Below are positions 53,081 to 64,000 of a DNA stretch of 64,000 nt, in pieces. Origin of the DNA: Octopus sinensis. Lineage: Eukaryota. The position numbers and the translations under genes are program-made. Each line of letters opens with the position of its first letter. Within the stretch, counting starts at the first letter, position 1. Location: NCBI RefSeq assembly GCF_006345805.1, contig NC_043009.1:58776001-58840000 (forward strand). The letters run 5' to 3'. A model generated the notes under the pieces. The model was given only the letters and a program-made list of their open reading frames with translations. It had not been told where the DNA came from and did not search any database.

Positions 53081-53432
53081 ATAGTCTAGTTTCACGTGGT
53101 CATCACCTCTTAGTATGGTAATTGAAATAGCGAATAACCTGGACACAGCAATGACAACAACAACAACAAGAAATGCAAAATCAAGAATACCAATGACAAT
53201 TACAACGATGCAAAAATATTTGTAGAAAGAATAGCATAAGTGCAAAAAAAAAAATAATAATAATATAGAGAAAAAAACATCAGCCACGCGGTATTATTAA
53301 GCACAGTAATAATGATGAGTCTTGTATTAGCCGCATGGTTACAAACATTAGGAGACACAGCAAGAATGGAGCAGAATAAAAAAAATTACGTGAAGTTAAA
53401 TAAAGGTAAATGAAGCTGACGCCAGAAACAAT

Positions 53433-54145
53433 GGGCGCAGGCATGGCTGTGTGTGGAAGCAGCTTGCTTTGAAGCCGCATGGTTTCGGGTTTAGTCGATC
53501 AGCAGGCGCTTACCTTGGGTGTCTGCTATTAAAAACAAAGGCTCAGTATCTTGTACCTGAATGTGGTAGACGGAAATCGTGGGGAATCTTGTGTATATGC
53601 GCACGTGACTTTGTGCTTGTATTTTGTTATGTCCCCGTAACTTAGTGACGCGCATGTGTCTGTGTTTGAGTTTGGTTATGTCCTCTTAACTTAGTGAAGT
53701 TCATGGGCCTTTGTGTTTGTGTTTGGTTAGGTCCCCTTGACGTAGTGACACACATGGGCCTTTGTGTTTGTGTTTTGTTATGTCCTCTTAACTTAGTGAC
53801 GCTCATGGGCCTTTGTGTTAAAGTTTGGTTAGGCCCCCTTGACATAGTGACACGCATGTGTCTGTGTTTGCGTTTGGTTATGTCCCCTTAACTTAGTGAC
53901 ACTCGTGTGCCTTTGTGTTTGTGTTTGGTTATGTCCCCTTGACATAGTGACGCTCATTTGCCTTTGTCTTTGTTGGGTTATGTCCTCTAAACCTAGTGAC
54001 GCGCACGAATCTTTGTGTTTATGTTTGGGTATGTTCTCTTAACTTAGTGACGTGCATGAGCCTCTGTGTTTGTGCTTGGTTATGTCATCGTAACTTAGGG
54101 TTTAAGCAAAAGAGATCGCTGGAATAAGTACCAGACTTATAAGAT
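53433..54145 (+). mobile_element. Old SINE family B copy containing a 49-51 bp minisatellite
   Basis: Degenerate B head at 53433-53600, about 9.5 units of gttatgtccycttaacttagtgac...tgtgtttg, then the B continuation gcaaaagagatcg..gaataagtacc. Confidence 0.75.
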
Positions 54146-55737
54146 GGGAATTGAATGTGTTTTTTTTTTTTTGCTCTTTTGTACTTTACTATACCCTTCC
54201 GCGTGTTGCCACAGGATACCCGCATTTCAATGACTGAAACAAGCAAAAGATGGCAGAAAAGCATAACTATTAAATGCAGGAAACATCACTTAGAGTGACC
54301 AGAGGACAGTTCCATGCGATGTCCCACTTTATTCAGCTGTATCAAAGATATCACACGTACCATCTCCGAGTTTCTTTCCTTTTGCAGAAGAAAGGCATTA
54401 TCTGGGTAACTCGTTTCAACGTCATTAATCTTGCTGCTCTCACCCGCCTCCCGGAAGCTCACTAGAAATGGGCACCCTCTTCTCAAACATATTTCCTTTT
54501 AAACGCTATATGAAGTTGGGCTTAGCCAGAGAAAAACTTTTAAGTACATTCACTACAAACTCTCTCAATATAGGCGCCAGGGAGTAGAAGGCTAGCGACG
54601 CTGTTTGTTATATACGTTGGTTTTCGATATTTAACTCATAATCGGAATTGTCCGAAATGTGACGACAGTTGTTCGGCTGTTACTCTTGCTAGGTCTCTTC
54701 TTTCAGCTGTTGGTGTTGTTACTGCTGTTGCTAGTGTTGCTGGTGTATATGCAACGTCGGCCATTTACTAGACTCAGAAGCACATTTGGTGATTTATAGT
54801 AACACATGTACAGCATCAGTGTTATCTTCATTTGACTCTACGCCTAAACAGCTGTCTCCTTTAATAGCTCGATTGTAACAGGAATGCCCTCTGGCATGTC
54901 GGACTGTGTCTGGATCAACAGCACTTGACCTATCATTATTCACATCCTTTCTCAAATGCTGGATCCTTATGATATTAGATTCGCCTGCATTGTATGAAAG
55001 AACTGATATCAGACATTTAATGCTTATTGCTCATGGCACACTCACTAAACATATCTTTGTCATATGTTCGTGTAAGAACAAAATCTGAACTCTTGAACAT
55101 AGAAAGGGTCATGTAGATATTTGATCTTCATTTTCATTGATGCAGTTTTGTTGTTAATATTGTTGTTAGTGTTATTGTTTTTTTCCTTGACTCTAACAGA
55201 GTCGAAAAATATATTAGACGCTGCTGTTGTTACAAGCTTCATTCTTATCTCTTTTGCTGAACGTAGTGACAAAGCAGAGACATTAAAGAGTTGGAATAAA
55301 CGCTTTGTGATACTTGTCCTGGATATTTCGTATCTGAGTTGAAATCCCACCACTGTAAACTTAGCCATGAATAGTTGATGGAATAATGTACCAGACAAAT
55401 TACGGGGGGGTGTCGTCGACATTCTCTTCTTAAAATAGTTGTCCATATCCTTAAATGAGAAACTCTTAAAAGCAGTGAGCAATCACAATCGTTACAGCAT
55501 TGGATAAAATTATTCTGAGGTATTTCTTCGGTTTCTTTACGCTTTTACTACAGGGTCACCTTCGAATGTCGTCCTTTGGGGTCGGAAATAAATTAACTGT
55601 CAGATGATGAGGTCAATATTTTTAAGTAACCCATTTTTCTAAAAAAACTGTTGACCATGTGTCTTAGTTAGAAACCTTTATTTCTTGTTACGAGTTTGCT
55701 ATAGTAAATTGTAGTGTTAATATTACATTCAAAGAAA

Positions 55738-56138
55738 TGGTGGCGAGCTGGCAGAAGCGTTAGCACGCCGGGCGAAATGCTTAGCGTTATTTCTTCTGCC
55801 GCTACGTTCTGAGTTCAAATTCCGCCGAGATCGACTTTGCCTTTCATCCTTTCGTGGTCGATTAAATAACTACCAGTTACGCACTGGGGTCGATATAATC
55901 GACTTAATCTGTTTGTCTGTCCTTGTTTGTCCCCTCTGTGTTTAGCCCCTTGTGGGTAGTAAAGAAATAGGTATTTCGTCTGTCTTTACGTTCTGAATTC
56001 AAATTCCGCCGAGGTCGACTTCGTCTTTCAGCCGTTCGGGATCGTTAAATCAGGTACCAGTTGTGTACTGGGGGCAATTCGATCGACTGCCCCCTCCCCG
56101 AAAATTTCAGGCCCTGTGTCTTGAGTAGAACAGAATAT
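55738..56138 (+). mobile_element. SINE family C dimer with a distinct terminal tail
   Basis: Junction at 55971. The second unit ends ccccgaaaatttcaggccctgtgtcttgagtagaacagaatatt; similar tails occur at about 57855-57897 and 63810-63860. Confidence 0.9.
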
Positions 56139-57047
56139 TGCATTCAAAGGTCGACAATTTTAGGGAGAGTTTTATCAGAAACTATACTGAAGTCAGAATT
56201 TTATTGGTACTTCATTTTAACGATTCCTGATTTGTGGTTGATCGCAAAATATTATTTTGTACAGGTGTCGTATTTATTTATAGTCATATTTTCGCTTTTC
56301 ACTATCAAATTCTCTCTGTTGGTTGATTTCTTTATTGTATCCGGTTTTGCTTCGGTGCATTCTGTCTCATGTCACAAAATTTCATTTTATCGTATTTTCT
56401 ATAGCAGTGTATCCATTATTTAAAAATATTTATTCGATTTTTATTCATGATTCCGTTGAATATTTTTCTTCTTCCCACTGCATTTAATTTACAGTTCTGC
56501 GGCAATCGGCATTGGTACGCAAGCCGCTTGCCTCTCTTATATTACTGCATTTTCAGAGACTCTTTATTGACGGCAATTCAAACATGTCTTCAAAATGAAT
56601 TCATTGTGATGTATGCAATATGTTGTTTACCTCGAACAAAGCATATTTGCTGCAAAATTATGTTATTATTTTCTGCAGTACATAGAATCATTTGTTAGAA
56701 TCCTTAACAATCGAGATGCACTGGTTATGGCTCAGTTTATGTGCATATTTATATCACACATTTTTCCGAATGTTATTCAATAAAGACTTTGATTTCCTTA
56801 GGTATATTGCAGTACGATTTCTTAACTCGTTTGCAAAATCCTGTGTACGTTCCGCATTTACATTCAATGCATTTAATATTGTATTTTCTTTATTGTAATA
56901 CAGTTGTCGCACGGAAATGATTTGATTGAATTACCTTTGATTAGCATGGATTTGACCTAATAATGTTAATCTATCTATTGGCCGAGGGGGGGGGGGCTGG
57001 TGGCTGCGACTTTCTAAAAATTTGGGCATTTACTTCATAAACGGTGT

Positions 57048-57853
57048 GATGTTGTGGTTTTTTACAGCTGTTATTAGTGTTCATGTCGTTTGGGTATAGA
57101 ATTGTATACACACCAGTCACACACACGCAATTACACAGACTCACACACGAGCACACTTAAATATACATATGTATATATGTACGCATATATATATATATAT
57201 ATTTGTATTTTGTGTATGGTAGATATCGATCAGTGCACATATAAAAAAATCTTACTCCACTTGTTTCTGGCTACCGTATGTTACTCTCAAACTTCAAAGT
57301 TAGCTCTATGGGATTCTTATGTATGCTGTACTCCGTTTTAATAACGAGAAATGCTCCACGGATGGGGTTTTAATATTTTTATTAATGCGTTGCTACATAT
57401 GTTTCGGCATGACATTGAGGTCATGCATATTATGAGTAATCTATTATATAAAATCCTATTGATATCATGAGGTAGTCCCATACAAATGTCATGCCGAAAC
57501 ATATGTAGCAACGCATTAATAAAAATATTAAAACCCCATCCGTGGAGCATTTCTCGTTATTAAAACGGAGTACAGTATACATAAGAATCCCATAGAGCTA
57601 ACTTTGAAGTTTGGGAGTAACATACGGTAGCCAGGAACAAGTGGAGTAAGATCATTTTATATGTGCACTGATCGATATCTACCATACACAAAATACAAAT
57701 ATATATATATATATATGCGTACATATATACATATGTATATTTAAGTGTACTCGTGTGTGAGTCTGTGTAATTGCGTGTGTGTGACTGGTGTGTATACCAT
57801 TCTGTACCCAAACGACATGAACACTAATAACAGCTGTACAAAACCACAACATC
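57048..57853. repeat. Long inverted repeat (fold-back), 369-bp arms, 68-bp spacer
   Basis: 57048-57416 and 57485-57853 are reverse complements with about 9 mismatches and no indels; even the (AT)9 tract length is equal. Confidence 0.95.
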
Positions 57854-58222
57854 TTCCCAAAATTTCGTGCCTTGAGCCTAGAGTAGAAAAGAACTATTTA
57901 CTATTATACACTCTGCGTTAACTAAGAACATGCGGGTGAATTTGGCAGACGGAAGGTGTGAGGAAGCCTGTCGAATATATACAAATGTGTTTGAGTGTGT
58001 GTCTTTGTGTCTGTCGTTGTCTGATCAGCGAAAAACCGCTTACCCAACAGTGTTGGTTTGTTTACGTCATCGTAATTTAACGGTTCAATAAAAGAAGTGC
58101 CTGATTTCCAAAATGAGCCCTTTATTTCGACTTTTATCCGGCTATACACTTCGATGGGTTACCCCAGTATGGCCACGTTTCAATGCCTGACACAAGTAAG
58201 AGATAAAAGCTAAAAGGTAGGA

Positions 58223-58634
58223 GGCGTAGGAGTGGCTGTGTGGTAAGAAGCTTGCCTGCCAACCCCATGGTTCCGGGTTCAGTCCCACTGCGTGGCACCA
58301 TGGGATAGTGTCTTCTACTATAGCCTCGGGCCGACCAAAGCCTTGTGAGTGGATTCGGTAGACGGAAACTGAAAGAAGCCCGTCGTATATATGCATATAT
58401 GTATATATGTGTATATATGTTTGTGTGTCTGTGTTTATCCCTCCAACATCACATGACAACCGATGCTGGTGTGTTTACGTGTCCGTAACTTAGCGGTTCG
58501 GCAAAAGGGACCGATAGAATAAGTAACTAGGCTTACAAAGAATAAGTCCTGGGGTCGATTTGCTCGACGAAAGGCGGTGCTCCAGCATGGCCGCAGTCAA
58601 ATGACTGAAACAAGTAAAAGAGTGAAAGAATGAA
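58223..58634 (+). mobile_element. SINE family B, full length (reference copy)
   Basis: A-box-like TGGCTGTGTGG, B-box-like GGTTCAGTCCC, internal microsatellite, CR1-like tail and terminal octamer-type repeats. Confidence 0.9.
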
Positions 58635-59681
58635 AGTGGTAGATGTACCTATAAATTAAATGGTGAAATCTGACGCGTTGTGTTATGGGAATTCTACCAG
58701 ACGATTACAGTGACTGCCAATACATGTGGAATATTCGCTTACATCGCTTACATCAAAAAAACAACAAAAAAAACATGGTGAGAGACATTTCTTCCAAACT
58801 ATTTTGAGGCTGTAATCATCGTATTTCGACGAAGAAATCTTCAGAATTAGTTATAAGAAATTCTAATATAAGGTAAAGTCATCTACGGAAATACAAGTCT
58901 TACATATGTGAAATCTTTTGCGTAAACCTTAGAAATGTATTCTCCCAGAGGGGAGAAGGAAATATTTGCATCACTTCACCAGAATTAGTATGAAATTATT
59001 CCTGAATCCATGTAGATATTATCCGACTGGAAGAATCTTACTGAGAACAATAATACAAAGGATCGGATGATAATATATCACGACTATGATATTACATGCC
59101 GCGTGCGCACGCACACACACACGTACGCACGCACACACTTTTGCATACATAAAAATATACATTTATGTATGTAAACATATATACATAATTTTATATATAT
59201 ATATATGTATGTATACATATATATATATGCAGATATGTATTTTTGTGTGTGAGATTGAATGTTCACATACACACACAAACACACAAACACACACACACAC
59301 ACACATATAAATGCATATGTAAGCTATATAGACTACACAAGTGTTGGATGAATTCTGAAATCTGCAGACAATACCACGCGGAATATACACGTCTGTCTTC
59401 ATAAAGCCAGCAACGTCGCATATAACTGGTCAGTCCACATGCTAGAAATTGCAGCCAAACCTCACTCGAATGCATCCTTACACTTTTCCATAAAAGAAGA
59501 GTATATTGTTTGGTGTAGCCCTGTGTATAAGTAATCCAGGTGAGTAGTCGAGATGATGGTCATAAATGAAATATTTTTGATGGTCGATATTCTGATTTGA
59601 GACTAAAAGAAAACAAACGGAACGAAACTTTTGGAAGTTCTTCAAATGAAGATAAGTTAAATAACCTCCATATAAATAATG

Positions 59682-59921
59682 AATAAATGCGCCCTTTTAA
59701 AGCCTAATCAGGGTCATGAGTCCGGTTTCTCGGTCTCTATGGCGTATGTGGTCCCCAGTATGTGGTCCGCAGCGTTACTCATTTTTGCCAGCTGAGTGAA
59801 CTGGAGCAACGTGAAATGAAGTGTTTTGCTCAAGAACACAAAGTGTCGCCCGGTCCAGGAATCGAAACCATAATCTTACTATCATGATACTAACACCCGA
59901 ACCACTAAGCCACGCACCTCC
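59682..59921 (-). mobile_element. SINE family A, full length
   Basis: A box TGGCTTAGTGG and B-box-like GGTTTCGATTCC; body shared with 1-70. Confidence 0.75.
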
Positions 59922-60596
59922 ACAACCTCCATATATAATATCTTTTTCTACTCAAGGTACAATGCTCGCAATTTTTTGGGAGGTGGGGGGTCAGACGATT
60001 AGGTCGGCCCCAGTACGCAACTGGTACATTACCCTGAAAAGATGAAAGGTAATGTCGACTCCGGCTGAATTTGACGTCCATATATATTATTATATGAGAA
60101 ATGTATTTAGATATATCAGTTTATTCCAATAGATTCTGGGAAGTGTTATGCAAAGAAATAAGTTTAAAAATATATAAAAGAAGAAAAGAATGCAATGTAT
60201 AGATGTCCTCTTTTTGACGGAGATGGGGGTGGGGCGCTCCAAACGGAATCTGGGAAAAAGTTTGAACAATAATCAAAATAAACATTAGATATTTTTAATC
60301 AAGAAAAATTCAAAAAAATCGAGAAAAGCAAGATATTTATGTCGCAAATATAGACATTATATACAAGATGGATATTATATTCAGAATATCAAATATCCAG
60401 ACATGTTTTGGTATGGAATGCTTTAGAATAATATATCTCCACAGAAATCCGTAGCCATGGAACACACAACTGCGCTCGTTAGTCCTAAATAAAATGTTTG
60501 TTTTTTTTCATATGGAATATTCGAATTTATTGATTCGATAACTGAATGCAGGCTGCTAGTGACTATACACATACCTACATACATACTTACATACAT

Positions 60597-60731
<135 letters not shown>

Positions 60732-61699
60732 TGATAGATATATAGATATATAGATATAGATATATGTATGTATATATATATATATACATACATATGCATA
60801 TGCATGCATATATATATGCATAAATATAAGCACACGCACACACAGACATATGATTGTATGTATGTGTGTATGTATGTATGTAAATGTGTATGAATATACT
60901 TACATACGTAGCAGTCGTTTCCATGCTTTTGAATAGCGTATAACCATTACTTGCCTCTTACTGTTTCCAGATCTACTCAGACCCGGAGTAGTAACATCTT
61001 TTAGGGTCCCAGTAATGTGTGAACTACAATTTGAACCACTGAGAGTGAACCATTCTTTGTCCCTTTTAGAACTTCCTTCTAGAAGCTAAATTCTTATATA
61101 AAAAAAAATCCTCAGGACTGAAGGTTTCTATTTGTCTCAACCACAGTAGTGCGTTTAGTGTTATAGATGATCGCACTAAAACGTCGCTTCAATACTGTCC
61201 AACATTTTATCCACTCAAAACACGGACTGGAACTTCTTGGACTCTTGGAACTTTTGCACGGACTGACTGAATTTTGGAAGTGGTCTTCTTTGCTCATGAT
61301 CTGGCACCGTGAATGGTGCGGAATGATTAATATTCTGAAGTCTTAACGACAAGGAAATCCAACCTAAACTAACGCAAAAATTGCCTGAAGAAGAATACAT
61401 GGCACTTAATTTATTGACTCCTAGAGGATGAAAGGCAAAGTCCACCTCGGCGGAATTTGAACTCAGAACGCAAAGAGAGACGAAATACTGCTGAGCATAT
61501 CGCCCGGTGTGCTAACGTTTCTGCCAGCTCGCCGCTCAATAGTCGAAAATAGCTACCGATTGTAACGCACTGGGAGATTGAACTCGAAACCACGTGGTTC
61601 TGAAGTGAACGTCTAAACCATACATCCATGCCTACGCTTATAACATTTCTAAATCCTTGTTGTAACTATGGTTTATATCCTGCTTTAATGCATTTTCAC

Positions 61700-63060
61700 C
61701 AAACGCTCCAATTCTATGTCACCTCTCTCAGATTGCCCAAACACTTCTCCCCCGTTTCAAATGCCATCGTTGTAACTCCAGTTTCTCGTACTCTTCCCTC
61801 TCATTTCTTCATTCAACCGACCAACTGTGTACGCACCAATCAAAATTTCTTTCTCATCTCATAATATATTCCTCCTAGGGTTATTGTGACGTTCTCATAA
61901 AGTTAACTCGTACATTCAACATCGCTCTGAGACTCTTGTTCATTACAAGATGTCACCATATAATTCCCAACATTTTAAAGTAGATTTTTTAAGTTCAAAA
62001 TGTTCACTAAGTTTTTAATCCGCCGCAACCTAGTGTAATAATCCTTTAGATATATTTCATATATTATACCTATATATCTTTCAGTTGCACACTATCTCTG
62101 CATTATCTTTAGGCAATACTTGACGTAATATACTACCAAGAGCTTCTTTACATCACAAACATTGCCAGTAATTGTATATGACAAAACATTGCCAACATAT
62201 AGGTTTAACAGCATACTCATTACCCTTATATTTTGTACAGTATGTCTTATTGAAATTATATATTCATCCCAGACTCTCTGTATTATGAAACTTGCTCCTC
62301 ATTTCAGAATCTTGTTATCTTTGTGTGAAATTCTACTTTGAATTACCAGACAAGAAAACCCTCCAGACAATAGTAAACAGTAATGCTTCTCAAGTCTCTA
62401 ACTCAGCTTTCGTTGCTAGGATCTTTAATATGATAGCTATCTACCATTCTGTGAATATCATATCTCTCTCTGTATTTAGGCGTGCTTTGTAAAGCACTTT
62501 GTGCTATAATATCTCAACATTTTATCATCACCCTATCGTTTCTGATTCTTTAATCTCTTTCTAATAATTTCGATCTCAGCTGGTTTTGGTTTACCCACTT
62601 TCATTGATCAGATTCTTTTCAACTGGGAGAATATTTTCATCATTTTGTGGAATCGGCCTCTTTAACACTGCTTCAAATTATTCTTTTGCATCTATATTTT
62701 ATCTGTTCAGTAGATTTCCCCCGTGTATCTCTAATTGGGAGTCCTTTGATTTTCTTGATTGTGCCTCTAATTTCTTTAATTGCTTCAGTGATTGATAGGC
62801 TAATCTACTAACCCTCTCTCTTTTTCTCTAGTCATGTGATCTCTCATCTTATCTGCAGCCACATTCAAGTACTTCCTCCTTTCACGCTCACTGAGCTTTC
62901 TTATTGCGCTGTTTAATCTGACATATTCTGTTCCTAAAATAGGAATTTTCTTTTTTCTCAACTACTTCCAATTTTACATTCCAATTTTGTTAAATTCATA
63001 TTCTGTATCATGTTTCATATTTCCTTTGTGATTCATTTATTTCCTTAGTTTTTTTCCGAT
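61700..63060 (-). mobile_element. Highly decayed LINE-like sequence
   Basis: Strand-asymmetric (A-rich minus strand), with only weak RTE-like remnants near 61790-61860. Confidence 0.25.
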
Positions 63061-63651
63061 ACTTCTGAGAGTTACTTAGGTTGTTTCTTGTAGTCTCTTA
63101 AATGGCATTGTACATCTGACAGACATCCTTCTCCTTTCTCTCTTTATTATTAATGCCTGTACAGCATCACATATATTACTACAGTCACACAAATTCGTCT
63201 TCTTAGGTCGACTGCAAACCGGGAAAAAATGCTCAGATGTAATTCGCCCGTCTGTACGTTCTGATTTCAAATCCTACCGAGATCGACTTTGTCTTTCTTC
63301 CTTTCGGGGTTCATAAAATAAATACCCTTTAAACACTGGAGAGTCGATGCAATGTACTTACCCTCTCACTCGGTATTGCTAACATTATGACGAATGTGAC
63401 ACCGACATTGAATTCAAATTTTAGCTCAAAGTCAGCGATTTTGAGGAGGGAGTAAGTCAATTATATCGACATCAATGCTCAACTGTTACTTATTTTATCG
63501 CCCTAGAATTGATGAAAGTCAAAGTCGAAAGGCGGAGCTTGAACATTTATGGACGAAATACTGCTAAGCGTCTGGCGCAGCGTGCTACTGATAATACCAA
63601 AGTGCGCCGTCTTGAATACATTCTGTAATATTAGTTTTAAATTCTTTTGAA

Positions 63652-64000
63652 GGCGGCGAGCTGGCTGAAACGTTAGCGAAATGCTTAGCGGTATTTCGTC
63701 TGTCTTTACGTTGTGATTTCAAATACCGCCGAGGTCGACTTTGCCTTTCATCCTTTCGAGGTCGATAAATTAAATACCAGTTGTGTACTGAGAATCGATC
63801 TAATCGACTGGTTCCCTCACCCAGAATTTCAGTCCTTAGGTCTAGAGCAGAAAAGATCATATGGTGGTTGGGGTATAAAGGCGGCGAGCTGGCATAAACG
63901 CTGGGCGAAATGCTTAGCGCCATTTCGTATGTCCTTACGTTCTGAGTTCAAATTCCGCTGAGGTTGACTTTGCCTTTCATTCTTTCAGGGTCGTTAAATT
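63652..64000 (+). mobile_element. Two adjacent SINE family C copies
   Basis: Heads ggcggcgagctggc at about 63652 and 63881. Further partial C copies lie at 59960-60075, 61400-61535 and 63200-63590. Confidence 0.85.

Noticed and set aside
55060-55482. 140-aa minus-strand ORF, and the GC-richer stretch at 51450-52000
   Set aside because: I recognise no motif; these are probably decayed TE sequence and cannot be supported without a search.
58223-58300. tRNA genes at SINE heads
   Set aside because: Only A/B-box remnants fused to SINE bodies are present; there is no complete cloverleaf.
58805-58845. CTGAAGA...GAAA motif on the minus strand; similar partial motifs near 19865-19890, 35815-35850 and 54635-54665
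   Set aside because: Stem II does not pair, or GAAA, the core or the NUH triplet is missing.

Overview
This is AT-rich eukaryotic DNA saturated with microsatellites and retroelements. It is most likely intergenic or intronic cephalopod (Octopus-like) sequence; that is inferred from the SINE families and the [16 protein letters not shown] zinc-finger style, not from a search. I recognise no intact host gene, and most track ORFs are translations of simple repeats. Recognisable content: a young, 5'-truncated CR1 LINE (47.1-50.0 kb), further CR1, R4/Dong-like and RTE-like LINE fragments, Tc1/mariner fragments, about five tRNA-type SINE families in many copies, and a five-finger C2H2 fragment. The most interesting signal is a set of hammerhead-ribozyme (HHR) motifs. 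One non-coding element carries an apparently intact type I HHR at the tip of a ~134-nt rod. It occurs as two opposite-strand copies inside an interleaved inverted duplication (29.1-29.8 kb). A second fold-back with 369-bp arms (57.0-57.9 kb) has its inner breakpoint in an HHR-like hairpin. Also notable: a CR1 LINE and a SINE share a covarying double-hairpin 3' tail, and one SINE family forms multimers with an invariant junction. All coordinates and counts were made by eye; repeat boundaries are approximate.
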